Source of the DNA: a phage
Assembly (NCBI GenBank): GCA_014913405.1
Contig: GCA_014913405.1_3931.1
Length of the DNA: 64,000 bases
Strand: one strand, 5' to 3'
Shown: one piece after another, positions 1 to 10,405 of the stretch
Layout: the number at the start of each line of letters is the position of its first letter
Position numbering within the stretch: position 1 is the first letter of the stretch
The notes under the pieces: model-generated
What the model was told of the DNA's origin: nothing
The model's input: only the letters and a program-made list of their open reading frames with translations
The model's database searches: none
Position numbers and translations under genes: made by a program

Positions 1-40
1 AGTCGGTGTTGATGCGCTTGCAGAGTTCATTTTTTATGAA

Positions 41-577
41 ATGCAAAAGAATGACTATATCAGGATGTCAGATGAAGAAAAGGAACTATTGCTGACTAAG
101 GATACTGATTTCCTTATTGACACACTAATCTCATCAACAAGTGCTGTTATGGCAGTTCTTGAGAAGCGCATGGAAGAGAAACTTTCACGATATGAAAAAC
201 TTGATTGGGGCGTAGAAGAGTTAAGCCCACGAATCAAAGAAATTATCCAGCAAACTAAAGAGTCTTTGGAAGAAGCTGTTGAAAATGACTCTGTAGCTGA
301 TATAGAACCTCTTCAGGTGAAAGTTGCACTGATGATTCCAGCTATCTCTACGATGATGAATATCGTTGCACTAATCCAACTTTCACAGATGATGGGTGTA
401 AGTATTGAGTTCATTGAAGAGATGACTGGTGGCGTTAGTATGCAAGCAATCAATGATGTTTTGGTGAACATCGGTGCTTCAATCATTGAAGAGAAACTAC
501 GCATTAACTTCGGTGATGATTTTGTGAAGCAAATCTCAGCTATGGCTGAAAAAGAGTCTGCTGAGCAACTGCACTAA
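41..577 (+). CDS. hypothetical protein; reading frame is open to the window start, so possibly 5'-truncated
   Basis: ORF track; no stop between position 2 and the ATG at 41 in this frame; followed by a hairpin terminator. Confidence 0.4.
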   Translation: MQKNDYIRMSDEEKELLLTKDTDFLIDTLISSTSAVMAVLEKRMEEKLSRYEKLDWGVEELSPRIKEIIQQTKESLEEAVENDSVADIEPLQVKVALMIPAISTMMNIVALIQLSQMMGVSIEFIEEMTGGVSMQAINDVLVNIGASIIEEKLRINFGDDFVKQISAMAEKESAEQLH

Positions 578-594
578 GTCTTTATAAATCTTAC

Positions 595-619
595 AAGCCT
601 CCTTAGTTGGGGGCTTTTT
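595..619 (+). terminator. rho-independent terminator
   Basis: stem AAGCCTCC/GGGGGCTT followed by TTTTT. Confidence 0.5.
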
Positions 620-638
620 AGTAATTAAGGGAGATAAA

Positions 639-1382
639 ATGAGTAATATTATCGCATTTACTGGAAAGGCACGTTCTGGAAAAGACACCTCATGTTCTAT
701 TGTGAAGAACATTTTAGAGGATGAGTATGGCTACAATGTTGAAGTAATGGCCTTTGCAGACAACCTTAAACTATCTGCATCAAAGATATTTGACTTGACT
801 TGGAATGACCTGTACGGTGAAACTAAAGAGACTCCACAGGTTTTTGACTTATCATATCCTGAACTGATGTTTAAAGTTACGGAAGCTATGGAGTTCACCT
901 TCAGAGATGAACGTTACCATATGGACTTCAAGCTTATGTCAGAGTTAACCGGACGATTAATCATGGAGCTTAAGAAGGTTGCTAAACCTACCCTATTAAC
1001 ACGTCTGGGATTTAGTAAAAAGTATAAATTCTCATCAAGACAAATTCAACAGATTTGGGGTACTGAAGTTGTCCGTAAAGTAATGGGCGACAAGTTCTGG
1101 TCTAAAGACCTTGAAAAAAGAATGGTTAGATTCCATGAAATGTGCTCACTTAGAAATCAATATGGTTTTGTCTTAATCAGTGATTTAAGATTTGACTCTG
1201 AAGCTGAATGGCTGAGTAGATTTGCACACCAAACTATTGAAGTAAAAAGAGACAATGTGGACAAAGTTCCATCACATGTTTCAGAAAATGGGATTTCTAC
1301 AAAATATGAGCGTGACATTATTCATAATAATGGTACTCTTGCAGACCTTGAGAACAAGCTAAGAGCCATCATTAAAGTTTAA
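639..1382 (+). CDS. deoxynucleoside monophosphate kinase (T4 gp1-like)
   Basis: N-terminal P-loop FTGKARSGKDT resembles T4 dNMP kinase; RBS AAGGGAG upstream. Confidence 0.6.
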   Translation: MSNIIAFTGKARSGKDTSCSIVKNILEDEYGYNVEVMAFADNLKLSASKIFDLTWNDLYGETKETPQVFDLSYPELMFKVTEAMEFTFRDERYHMDFKLMSELTGRLIMELKKVAKPTLLTRLGFSKKYKFSSRQIQQIWGTEVVRKVMGDKFWSKDLEKRMVRFHEMCSLRNQYGFVLISDLRFDSEAEWLSRFAHQTIEVKRDNVDKVPSHVSENGISTKYERDIIHNNGTLADLENKLRAIIKV

Positions 1383-1390
1383 AAGAGAGA

Positions 1391-1591
1391 ATGAAGATGA
1401 GAGTAAAAGACAATTTTAAAGTTATTGACCACCGTTTAGTGGAACTCTCATCTCTTTCCAATGAGGTAATGATTGAACGTCTTAAGAGAGTTGAATCACG
1501 AAGGAAAGAGATTGCAGATGAAATTCATGAACTGGACAAGATTGAAAATGGATTGAAGGCAGAACTACAACGAAGAGGTGCTAATGTCTAA
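1391..1591 (+). CDS. hypothetical protein
   Basis: ORF track, 66 aa, coiled-coil-like. Confidence 0.3.
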   Translation: MKMRVKDNFKVIDHRLVELSSLSNEVMIERLKRVESRRKEIADEIHELDKIENGLKAELQRRGANV

Positions 1592-3569
1592 AGGTCGTAA
1601 ATTGAAAGAGGCTGGTCAGTTTATTGGTCATTGTGCATGTCCACGTTGTGGTTCATCAGATGCTGGTTCAATCTATCATCATGACGATGATTCTTATTCG
1701 ATGACTTGCTTTAGTTGTAACAAAGGTTTCCCAGAGTGGGATTTTGATAAAGGACAAATCGTGAGCACTTATTCTACTGGTTCAGACAATAAAAACCGTA
1801 CTTTCCGTGGAATGGATTTAGACGATGTAAAAGAAAACCTAGAAGCAATGGACTTGAAAGACAGGAAGATTCCTGCAAAAGTCCTTGAACGCTTAGGTAT
1901 CAAGGTTGACATTGACAGTGACGGTGAAATTGATGCGCACTTCTATCCAACTTACAAACGTAATGTAGATGGTAAGCTAGAACATGTTGGCTACCGTGTT
2001 CGTCACCGTTACCCAGAAGACCACCCAAAAGAACACCTACGTGGTAAGCTAAAAGACTTTTCTGGTGGTGTTGGAGACATTAAAGGTGAACTTGCAATGT
2101 TCGGTTCATGGATTGCTCCAGAAGGTGGTAACCGTCTATTCATCTGGGAAGGTGAGATGGAATGTGCGACAGCAATCTACATGACTTCTTTGGCGATTAA
2201 AGATAAGTCTCGTCGTAAGAATTACTGTCACGTATCTGTTCCGTCAGGTGCAAACATTAAGTCTATCAAAGATAACTATCAGTACATTACATCATTTGAT
2301 GAGATTTACTTGTGCTTTGATAACGATGAAGCAGGTGCTAAAGCCACTAAAGAGGCTGCTGGTATCCTACCTATTGAGAAGGTTCGTTTATTCCAGTATC
2401 CAGAAGGTGTAAAAGACCTTAACGAATGGTGGACAAAGTTCTATAAAGAAAAAGATACAGTTCTGGAAGGATTTAAGCAGCGTATCTACAATGCACCCCG
2501 TTACTGCCCTGCTGGTATCAAGAACTTCGCAGATGGTTTTGAGGTAATGAAGAATCGTGGTCAGATTCCATTGATTCCTTTCCCAGAATCTTTCGGAGAT
2601 TTGAACAGGCTGACTTATGGTGGTTACGGTTTAGGTGAGATTACAACTATTGCAGCACCATCTTCAGTAGGTAAGTCAGCTTACACTCGTGAGATGATTT
2701 ACTCAGCTTGGAAAGAAACTGATTATAATATCGGTGTAATTCCTGTAGAAGATACCTATGAAGAGTTGATGGAGATGCTCTGTGCAATCCACCTGAGCAA
2801 GCAGATTTCTGAGATTCCTTATGATGAACGGGATTGGGATGAATTAAAAGGAGCACACGCAGAACTATCTAAAGGCCGTCGTATCCATATCGTTGACCAT
2901 CAAGGGGCAATTGACCAAGATAACTTGCTGGAATTTGTTGACTATCTTGTTAACAGTTTAGACTGTAAGATTATTATTCTTGACCCTATTACGTTGGCTC
3001 TGTCACGTTCTGATACGGATGAAGAGGAAGTATTGTCTGAACTATTGCGTCGTTGCAAACGCTACCAGTATGCACAGGTAAACGTCTGTCACGTTCGTAA
3101 GAGTGCAGGTGGTCAGAAAGCTAACTCTGAAGGTGGGGATATCTCTGAAGAGGATATTAAAGGTTCTGGTGCGTATTTCCAGATTTCTATGAACAACATT
3201 CTGTTAATGCGTAACAAGGTTGACCCAGACCCTGTTAAGAAAAACTTGACAAAAATCAAGTTAACTAAATGTCGTCGTCACGGTAAGTCAACGGGTATTG
3301 CTGGTCATACTTGGTACAATCCAGATACAGGACGTCTCATCAAAGCATCTGGTTGTGGGGTTGACATTGATGGTGCAGCAGAAAATATTCGCCAACAGTT
3401 TGGTATTGGCGAAGCTGAAGACCATTACGATGACTCTTTGCCACATTATGAGGATGAAGTGTTTGACCGTGAGACTGGTGAAGTCTATACTGAAGAGCAG
3501 CGTCAAAGCTCAACGATTCCACCTGTATTAAGTGAGGATGCAGATGACTACCCATTCGAAACTGAGTGA
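1584..3569 (+). CDS. bifunctional DNA primase/helicase (T7 gp4-like)
   Basis: N-terminal Cys4 zinc ribbon CPRCGSSD...CFSCNKG, TOPRIM-like FDNDEAG, Walker A APSSVGKS; ATG at 1584 after RBS GAGGTG (track start 1578 is GTG). Confidence 0.8.
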   Translation: MSKGRKLKEAGQFIGHCACPRCGSSDAGSIYHHDDDSYSMTCFSCNKGFPEWDFDKGQIVSTYSTGSDNKNRTFRGMDLDDVKENLEAMDLKDRKIPAKVLERLGIKVDIDSDGEIDAHFYPTYKRNVDGKLEHVGYRVRHRYPEDHPKEHLRGKLKDFSGGVGDIKGELAMFGSWIAPEGGNRLFIWEGEMECATAIYMTSLAIKDKSRRKNYCHVSVPSGANIKSIKDNYQYITSFDEIYLCFDNDEAGAKATKEAAGILPIEKVRLFQYPEGVKDLNEWWTKFYKEKDTVLEGFKQRIYNAPRYCPAGIKNFADGFEVMKNRGQIPLIPFPESFGDLNRLTYGGYGLGEITTIAAPSSVGKSAYTREMIYSAWKETDYNIGVIPVEDTYEELMEMLCAIHLSKQISEIPYDERDWDELKGAHAELSKGRRIHIVDHQGAIDQDNLLEFVDYLVNSLDCKIIILDPITLALSRSDTDEEEVLSELLRRCKRYQYAQVNVCHVRKSAGGQKANSEGGDISEEDIKGSGAYFQISMNNILLMRNKVDPDPVKKNLTKIKLTKCRRHGKSTGIAGHTWYNPDTGRLIKASGCGVDIDGAAENIRQQFGIGEAEDHYDDSLPHYEDEVFDRETGEVYTEEQRQSSTIPPVLSEDADDYPFETE

Positions 3570-3639
3570 TAGTTATAAAAGAGAGGGGTTCACACCCTTC
3601 TTTGAAGAAAAAAGTTTAAATAAATTTCAGGAAGAGTGT

Positions 3640-3668
3640 TTGACAAAGGTTGATAGGTTCTATAGAAT
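3640..3668 (+). promoter_or_regulatory. sigma70-like promoter, TTGACA-17-TAGAAT
   Basis: -35 TTGACA at 3640-3645, -10 TAGAAT at 3663-3668. Confidence 0.4.
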
Positions 3669-3821
3669 GCTCTACATGAAATGTGATGGAGGTGTTGAGG
3701 TAGAAGAAAAGTTCCATCACAGTATTATCACAGTCACTATTACTATACCTCAGCATAATATTGGTTGGCTGTTTATAATGAAAGAAAATGTGTTTGAATA
3801 TCAAGTATATCGGAGAATATC

Positions 3822-3971
3822 ATGAAACACTCTAAAGCATTTGAAAAAGTTTTTGGGGATTCCTTAAAAGCCACTGCTGGAAAACCAGCAAAATACTATG
3901 AAGAAAAACGTGTAAGAACTGGAAAAACTGCACGTAAAGCAGCTTCTAAAGATAAGCACAACTTCCAGTAA
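3822..3971 (+). CDS. small lysine-rich hypothetical protein (49 aa)
   Basis: ATG at 3822 preceded by GGAG; below the ORF-track length cutoff. Confidence 0.25.
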   Translation: MKHSKAFEKVFGDSLKATAGKPAKYYEEKRVRTGKTARKAASKDKHNFQ

Positions 3972-3978
3972 TTAGTAT

Positions 3979-4007
3979 TTGACAATAGAGTATCAACAAA
4001 TTAGAAT
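3979..4007 (+). promoter_or_regulatory. sigma70-like promoter, TTGACA-17-TAGAAT
   Basis: -35 TTGACA at 3979-3984, -10 TAGAAT at 4002-4007; upstream of the SSB gene. Confidence 0.5.
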
Positions 4008-4043
4008 TGGTACTCTTCATAAATTGAGATAGAGGTTTAAATA

Positions 4044-4901
4044 ATGTCTAAAGTTGTTAAAATGAAAGCTCCGGTAGAGAAGTACAATGGTACTGAACGC
4101 CAAACTCTGCGTTACCTGCTGAAAGATGTCTGGTTTTATTACCTGAACACTTCACCACGTCCGGGAAAAGGTAAGTCTATTGATAAGAAATTCCCAGGCA
4201 AAGACTGTAACTACAGTGTATCAATTCTTGCAGAAGACGGTAACAAACTGTTTAAAGAGTTTACTAAGTCTAAGAAAAACCCAGAAGGTTGGGATAAAGT
4301 TACTACTGAAGCAGTTGATGCAGACGACTTCGAAGAGAAGTTTGGTTGCAAACCACCATTTGAAGCAGACACTTACTACATCTTGAAAGTGAGTCGTGCA
4401 GCAGCTTATAAAGATGGTGCTGTATGGACAGCTAAACAGTCATTCCCTGTTATGCTTATTGAAGAAGTAAATGGTAAGCGTGTAGCTGTTAAGCAGCCGA
4501 TGAAGAAAATCAAAGCTCAAGCATCTGATAAACATGAAGATGATAAGAACTATGATGTAATTCATCCAGATATTGCAGTTGGTAACGGTTCTTTTGGTAG
4601 TGTGATTCTTTCTACTCACTTCTACACTTTTGAGAACAATGTTCTGACAAAACCTATTCAGGAACAGTTTATCATCGATACCCTTGTACCTTACACTGGT
4701 GGTAACGGTGCTAATGGTGAACCTGAACTGGATGAAGACGAACTGGCTATGCTTGGTCTTGATGGTGTCGAAGATAACGGTGAAATCACTGAAGAAGACG
4801 CAACAGACCATAAATCTTCGAATGAGTCTGATGATGGTGATGATGAAGATTTGCCAGACCCAGATGACGAAGAAGATGAAGACTTCGATACAGAAGACTA
4901 A
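4044..4901 (+). CDS. single-stranded DNA-binding protein (T7 gp2.5-like)
   Basis: strongly acidic C-terminal tail DDGDDEDLPDPDDEEDEDFDTED; sits between primase-helicase and exonuclease. Confidence 0.5.
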   Translation: MSKVVKMKAPVEKYNGTERQTLRYLLKDVWFYYLNTSPRPGKGKSIDKKFPGKDCNYSVSILAEDGNKLFKEFTKSKKNPEGWDKVTTEAVDADDFEEKFGCKPPFEADTYYILKVSRAAAYKDGAVWTAKQSFPVMLIEEVNGKRVAVKQPMKKIKAQASDKHEDDKNYDVIHPDIAVGNGSFGSVILSTHFYTFENNVLTKPIQEQFIIDTLVPYTGGNGANGEPELDEDELAMLGLDGVEDNGEITEEDATDHKSSNESDDGDDEDLPDPDDEEDEDFDTED

Positions 4902-4920
4902 TCTCTAAAAGTTACTTTAA

Positions 4921-4948
4921 AGCCCTGTACTTAGTATGGGGCTTTTTC
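4921..4948 (+). terminator. putative rho-independent terminator
   Basis: stem AGCCC/GGGCT followed by TTTTT. Confidence 0.35.
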
Positions 4949-4963
4949 ATATGGAGAGCCATA

Positions 4964-6004
4964 ATGGAGAAGTACACATTAACAAAGCTTCCCGATTCAG
5001 TTACACATGTCTTTATTGACTCTGATAGTATTGCCTATAAAGGTGCTTGTGTAGTTGAGAAAGCAAAGTATAAATACGTTAATAAACTCACAGCAGAAGA
5101 ATCTGAACCATTTGATAATGCGAAAGATGCTGCAAGATGGTTAGCAGACCAGAGAATCTTTGTGGAAGAGCTTGGCCTGACATTTGAGGAAGATGAATGG
5201 GAAAGACAAACTTGGAAAGAAGCTAAGAGTGAAAAAGAAGCTATCATGGCTACTCAACAGGTGCTTCAGGAATGGCTTAAGATTGTTGGTAAAGAAAGAA
5301 CTTGGGTAGGTTATTTAACAGAGAAGGGTGTGCATAAACATAAAGACATTAAAGGTCTTGAGCACCAATATCAAGGTAATCGTAAAGATGCTGTCACACC
5401 AACACACTTAGTCGCTTGTCGTGAATACCTTTTATCCAGACCAGAGTTCAAGCTCTTAAAGGGGGGCTTCGAAGCCGATTCAATCGTAATTGCTAAAGCT
5501 GAAAAGATGGGTAAGAAGGCTGCTCTTATGAGTATTGACAAAGACCTTCGACAAGCTGAAGGAACTTATTGTATTGATATGACTTATGAAAAATCACCAC
5601 TAATCTTTATTGCTGATAACAATGTTGGTGATATCTGGGATTGTCCTATCAAATCAAAACCAAAAGCTGCAAAAACAGTTGGTGTAGGTTTTAAATTCTT
5701 GTGCTATCAGGCTGTTGCTGGAGATAATGCAGACAACTACTTCGGGCTTAAAGGTGCTGGTAAAGTGGCTGTGATGAATGCTTTAGATGGTAAAGAGACC
5801 TACAAAGAGTGTCTTGATGCTATCTATGAACTCTATGCTAAAAAAGACTCTTACACCTATGTATCATGGGATGGACAGACAGTTACAAAGACACCGTTAG
5901 AGCTAATGGAACAGCATTTCTGGATAGCTTATCAAGAAAGAAATCCAAAAGATAATTTCTCTTTTAAGAAATATAATTGGGAGCCGTGTATGAATGAAGA
6001 TTAA
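4964..6004 (+). CDS. 5'-3' exonuclease / flap endonuclease (T7 gp6-like)
   Basis: FEN-type motifs FIDSDSIAYK, GFEADS and SIDKDLRQ. Confidence 0.55.
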   Translation: MEKYTLTKLPDSVTHVFIDSDSIAYKGACVVEKAKYKYVNKLTAEESEPFDNAKDAARWLADQRIFVEELGLTFEEDEWERQTWKEAKSEKEAIMATQQVLQEWLKIVGKERTWVGYLTEKGVHKHKDIKGLEHQYQGNRKDAVTPTHLVACREYLLSRPEFKLLKGGFEADSIVIAKAEKMGKKAALMSIDKDLRQAEGTYCIDMTYEKSPLIFIADNNVGDIWDCPIKSKPKAAKTVGVGFKFLCYQAVAGDNADNYFGLKGAGKVAVMNALDGKETYKECLDAIYELYAKKDSYTYVSWDGQTVTKTPLELMEQHFWIAYQERNPKDNFSFKKYNWEPCMNED

Positions 6005-6491
6005 AGGATTTGGCAATTGCCCCACCTATGGTCATTGGGTGTCTTTATGTGGGGAAGTTGACCCCACTAAACATTTTGGTTTTGTCTATTTAGTACACTG
6101 TAAGAAAACCGGACAATATTATATCGGAAAGAAACAGCTTAATAGTGTGACTAAAAGAAAAGTTGCTGGCAAGACTCGGAAGAAGGTAGTCACTAAGGAG
6201 AGTGATTGGATGACTTATGAAACTTCTTCTGAGTATATTAAAAAAGATATTGAGAGCTTTGGAAAAGAATTTTTTGACTTTTACATTATTCAGACCTACT
6301 ACACAAAAGGTGGCCTAGTCTATGGTGAAGCAAATCTTCAACATAAATTCGATGTAATGACAAAAAGGATTGACTCTAAGCTCAGACTCTTTTACAATGC
6401 CAATATTGCAGCAATTAAGTTTATTACTAAAGAAACTTATGAAGATGCTGAAAAAAGAATCTATAAGGTAATGAAAGCAAACTGTGCTTGA
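5994..6491 (+). CDS. putative GIY-YIG family endonuclease
   Basis: GFVYLVHCKKTGQYYIGKK fits the GIY-(x10)-YIG pattern. Confidence 0.35.
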   Translation: MKIKGFGNCPTYGHWVSLCGEVDPTKHFGFVYLVHCKKTGQYYIGKKQLNSVTKRKVAGKTRKKVVTKESDWMTYETSSEYIKKDIESFGKEFFDFYIIQTYYTKGGLVYGEANLQHKFDVMTKRIDSKLRLFYNANIAAIKFITKETYEDAEKRIYKVMKANCA

Positions 6492-6512
6492 TAACTATTG
6501 AGAGAGAATAAA

Positions 6513-6761
6513 ATGTTTAATAAAAGCAAAGCTGTGAGTCATGTAGCAAAAGTTGACAGTAAGATTGAAGAACTTGAGCGCATTCTTGCAAATGCTAGAG
6601 AGTCGATAATTAAAGAAGTTGAAGCTGTTGAATCTCAAATGCAGCACCTAATGCTTAAACGCCAAGAGCTACGTGAACATCTGGAATATATTGAAACACG
6701 AGAGCTAAAGGTTAACAGATATTTTAAGGAGTCCGAATGTTTAACTCAAGAGAATCAGTAA
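6513..6761 (+). CDS. hypothetical coiled-coil protein
   Basis: ATG at 6513 (track start 6498 is TTG). Confidence 0.35.
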   Translation: MFNKSKAVSHVAKVDSKIEELERILANARESIIKEVEAVESQMQHLMLKRQELREHLEYIETRELKVNRYFKESECLTQENQ

Positions 6762-7492
6762 AAAACTGGAATCTTCGTTGCGGAAAAACTCAAAAACAAC
6801 CATACAGTAATGAGTATTGGGAGTCTTTGAAATCTCAATCTCTGTGTATGCTTGAAGAAGCAAAAGAGCTTGTAAAAGCAATTGAAGAGAAAGACCCCAT
6901 TGAGACACTGGATGCTCAGGCAGATTTGCAATATGTTCTTGACGGTTTGATTTACCTGTCACAACATGACCATAACGGTGCTATGAAAGCTGTTTGCCAT
7001 AATAATGACCTGAAATACACAGACGATTATGAAGAAGCTTTAAAACGTCTTGCAGATATTGAGAAGCGTACTGGTCAAGATTGTATTGTCAGAATGTCAG
7101 TAGTTGATGGTAAAGAGTGGTACGCAATTGTTCGTGTAGCCGATGGGAAGATTATGAAGCAATCGAATCTCCCAAAAGTACAGCTTGGTGAATACATTGT
7201 AGAACTTGAAAGCCAAGAACTTTTTGTGGTAGTATCTGAGACATGCGTTATCTGCAAAGGTATTGTAGGTAGCTTAAAGGATTTGGGTGTAGATGGTTTT
7301 GTAGAAGTTAATCCAATTACCTCTAAAGCAGATAAAGACTTCTGTAAAGAGAACGGACTATGGATTGCAGATATTGTCTACTATGATGGTGAGCAGTTCC
7401 ATGTAACCTCATACCCGAAACTGAATTATGATGCTAATAACCTGAAGTGCTGGTTAAAAGGGGTTGGTTATAATGGATTCACAGAACATTAA
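6737..7492 (+). CDS. putative MazG-like nucleotide pyrophosphohydrolase
   Basis: EEAKELVKAIEEKD...DAQADLQYVLDGL resembles the MazG/HisE EExxE...D motif pair; RBS AAGGAG. Confidence 0.3.
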   Translation: MFNSRESVKNWNLRCGKTQKQPYSNEYWESLKSQSLCMLEEAKELVKAIEEKDPIETLDAQADLQYVLDGLIYLSQHDHNGAMKAVCHNNDLKYTDDYEEALKRLADIEKRTGQDCIVRMSVVDGKEWYAIVRVADGKIMKQSNLPKVQLGEYIVELESQELFVVVSETCVICKGIVGSLKDLGVDGFVEVNPITSKADKDFCKENGLWIADIVYYDGEQFHVTSYPKLNYDANNLKCWLKGVGYNGFTEH

Positions 7493-7796
7493 TAAAGAAG
7501 GTGTGGCTCAGAAGAGCCACTTCTCAAACTACAATATTTCTATGACGGTGTTTATGAATGACCCGTTACTAGAAAAATATGGTGAGACTCCAGATACACT
7601 TCTGGACAATGAACAAGTTTTAAAAGCAGTCCTGTACAAATATGGGATTGATATTGAGAAAGAATATTCTTTTGAAATCTGCCAACACAGGAATACTTTT
7701 GGTAAAGTTGTAATGGCTCCACTATTCATGGGTGTAGAAAGAACTGACTATGGTTGGTTATATCTAAAAAGAAACTTGGAGAAATACCGTGTCTAA
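7473..7796 (+). CDS. hypothetical protein
   Basis: ORF track; ATG at 7473. Confidence 0.35.
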   Translation: MDSQNINKEGVAQKSHFSNYNISMTVFMNDPLLEKYGETPDTLLDNEQVLKAVLYKYGIDIEKEYSFEICQHRNTFGKVVMAPLFMGVERTDYGWLYLKRNLEKYRV

Positions 7797-8124
7797 AGCA
7801 AAAAAGCTATCTTATGATGACATTATCTCAGGTGCTAAATTAGGTGTTGACAGTATCGGACAAGATGTTAAGCACGGAGACACAGTTATGTACTGTGATG
7901 ACCGAAGAGGCAGAAGTGCAATCTTGTTTGGAAGAATTGTTTGCAAGATGCGAGGTAACTACGTTGTTGCAGACATGGATGAGAACACTACACAAGAGCT
8001 TGAAGCAATTATGAATGGCAACACATCATCGTGGTTCCTGAATTGTATGCACACTTCATCAGTCACAAAGGTAAGCGATAAGTTTTACGATATGTGGCAG
8101 AATGAGCAAATTTTCAAGATTTAA
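7789..8124 (+). CDS. hypothetical protein
   Basis: ORF track; GTG start with RBS GGAGAA. Confidence 0.35.
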   Translation: MSKAKKLSYDDIISGAKLGVDSIGQDVKHGDTVMYCDDRRGRSAILFGRIVCKMRGNYVVADMDENTTQELEAIMNGNTSSWFLNCMHTSSVTKVSDKFYDMWQNEQIFKI

Positions 8125-8128
8125 ACTA

Positions 8129-8153
8129 GGGAGCCTCTTCGGAGGCTCTTTTC
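8129..8153 (+). terminator. rho-independent terminator
   Basis: GAGCCTC-TTCG-GAGGCTC followed by TTTT. Confidence 0.6.
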
Positions 8154-8170
8154 ATCTGTAGGATTTAAAA

Positions 8171-10405
8171 ATGATTAAGACAATTAAAAAATCAAACGGT
8201 ACAGTAGTAAGCTTTGACCCAGAAAGACTGAATAAATGGGCATCATGGGCAGATAAGCGTGGAATTATCTGGTCAGAAGTCACTATGGAAGCTATGAAAC
8301 GTGTCTATGAAGGTTGCACCACAAAAGAGATGCACCAAGCCATGATTGATGTTTGTGTTGATAAACAAACTCAAGAGTACTCAGATATGGCTGGACGGCT
8401 ACTTCTGGGTATTATCTACAAAGAAGCCTTTGGAGGCTTTACTAAGGTTCCTACGCTGGTTACCTTCGTTAAAAATATGGAGAGAGCAGGACTTTGGGAG
8501 AAGATGGATTATTCACAGGAAGAACTTGAATACCTGCAAGGCTACATCGTACACTCAAAAGATATCTCTTACGGCTATGCAGTGTTGAAACAGTTCAGAG
8601 ATAAATATGGTATCCGTGATATTAAAACGGGAAGACTTTTTGAGTCACCACAATTTATGTTTATGGGTATGGCTATGAAAGCCTTTGAGAAGCAACCAAA
8701 GCACCGTAGACTGCAAGATGTTATTAAGCTGTACACTTACCTATCTGACCTGAAGATTAATGCTCCTACACCTTATCTGAATGGTTTACGTGCTACTAAA
8801 TCAGGTTATGCGTCATGCTGTTTGATTAAGGCGAATGATACTGCTGAATCTCTCGGTATTGCTGCAAAGGTTGCTTATGACATGACTACAAAGCAAGCTG
8901 GCATTGGGATGCTGATGGAGACTCGTACTATTGGTGATGGTATCCGTCAAAATACTATTGAGCACATGGGTAAACTACCTTATTACAAGCTTGTACGCTC
9001 ATCTGTAGAGGCAAACAAACAGAAGAGTCGTGGTGGTTCAGCTAATAACTTCTACACTGCTCTAGACCCGCAGATTGAAGATTTACTGCGTTTGAAGCAC
9101 CCTACAACGGTTCCTTCTAAACGTATTAATGAGATGGACTACTCATTCGGCACAAACGATTATTTCTGGCAGTGTGTTCAGTATGATACAGATTGGTTGC
9201 TATTCTCTTACAAAGATGCACCAAAACTCTATGACATGTTCTACACAGCATCTGCTGATGAGTTTGCTATGGCAGTTGGTCATGCAGTACATTCAGGTGT
9301 TAAGCATAGACGAGTCAAGGCTCGTGAAATTGCTAAGCTGTTTATTCAACAGCGTTATGCTACAGGTCGTGTGTATCCATTCTTCACTAACAATGCAAAC
9401 ACACATACACCATTTAAAGAACCATTGAAGATGTCAAATCTTTGTATGGAAATTGTATTGCCAGTGTATGGTTTTGAGAAAGAGACAGACCTTTACAGAG
9501 ACGATGCTGTGAAAGAGGATGGTGAGGTGGCTCTTTGCTTCCTAGCTAGTTTGGTTGCAGGGAGAATTTCAGAAGATGAATACGCTGACGTTGCTTATTA
9601 TGCTCTTGCAATGGTTGACTCCGTTATTGACCTTATGGATTATCCGTATCCGTCGATGCGTAACCATGTTCAGAAGCGTCGTTCTGTTGGGATTGGCCTT
9701 ACAAATGTGGCTCATTACCTTGCGAAGAACTACGTGAACTATTCTTCAAGAGCGGGTAAGACGAAGCTTCATGAGCTTGCTGAAATGCACTCTTACTACT
9801 TACACGAAGCTTCTTTGAGACTTTCTAAAGAACGTGGTGTACCTGAATACATGAAGTTCACTAAGTACCCTGAAGGATGGGTTCCTCCGAAGACAGCTAA
9901 CAGGAAGATTGATGAGAAACATGATGCAAAACTTCGTTATGATTGGGATGACTTAGCACAACGTATTAAAGAAAATGGTGGAATCCGTAACTCTGTATTA
10001 GAAGCTTACATGCCTAATGAGAGTTCTTCACTGGCAACTAATACGACAAATGGCTTGTATCCAATTCGTGACTTTATTTTAACTAAAAAGTCTGCAACTG
10101 GTAACGTACTGTTTATTGTTCCAGATTATGAAGAGTTAAAGTATGTATATGAAATTGCTTGGGGTATTGACACCTTTGACCTGATTGATTGTTATGCAAT
10201 TGTTCAAAAGTTCACTGGGCAAGCTATCTCTTCAGATTTCTATGTTGACTACGCAAAAGCTAAGAAGGTATCATTGGCTCAAGCTTTGAAGTACATGATT
10301 TATGCCAACTCGGTAGGTATGAAAACCATGTACTACCTTAACAGTCGCATTGGTGTAGGTAAATCTGCACTGCAAGATGCTTATTGCGAGGGTTGTGGTG
10401 TTTAG
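8171..10405 (+). CDS. nrdA: ribonucleoside-diphosphate reductase alpha subunit (class I)
   Basis: 744 aa; N-terminal ATP-cone-like region, NLCMEIVLP active-site region, C-terminal CEGC. Confidence 0.9.
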   Translation: MIKTIKKSNGTVVSFDPERLNKWASWADKRGIIWSEVTMEAMKRVYEGCTTKEMHQAMIDVCVDKQTQEYSDMAGRLLLGIIYKEAFGGFTKVPTLVTFVKNMERAGLWEKMDYSQEELEYLQGYIVHSKDISYGYAVLKQFRDKYGIRDIKTGRLFESPQFMFMGMAMKAFEKQPKHRRLQDVIKLYTYLSDLKINAPTPYLNGLRATKSGYASCCLIKANDTAESLGIAAKVAYDMTTKQAGIGMLMETRTIGDGIRQNTIEHMGKLPYYKLVRSSVEANKQKSRGGSANNFYTALDPQIEDLLRLKHPTTVPSKRINEMDYSFGTNDYFWQCVQYDTDWLLFSYKDAPKLYDMFYTASADEFAMAVGHAVHSGVKHRRVKAREIAKLFIQQRYATGRVYPFFTNNANTHTPFKEPLKMSNLCMEIVLPVYGFEKETDLYRDDAVKEDGEVALCFLASLVAGRISEDEYADVAYYALAMVDSVIDLMDYPYPSMRNHVQKRRSVGIGLTNVAHYLAKNYVNYSSRAGKTKLHELAEMHSYYLHEASLRLSKERGVPEYMKFTKYPEGWVPPKTANRKIDEKHDAKLRYDWDDLAQRIKENGGIRNSVLEAYMPNESSSLATNTTNGLYPIRDFILTKKSATGNVLFIVPDYEELKYVYEIAWGIDTFDLIDCYAIVQKFTGQAISSDFYVDYAKAKKVSLAQALKYMIYANSVGMKTMYYLNSRIGVGKSALQDAYCEGCGV

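Noticed and set aside
3532-3825. 97-aa + strand ORF and two antisense ORFs between the primase-helicase gene and the SSB promoter
   Set aside because: It spans a well-formed promoter (3640-3668) and AT-rich intergenic sequence, has no RBS and overlaps the primase-helicase 3' end; more likely regulatory sequence.
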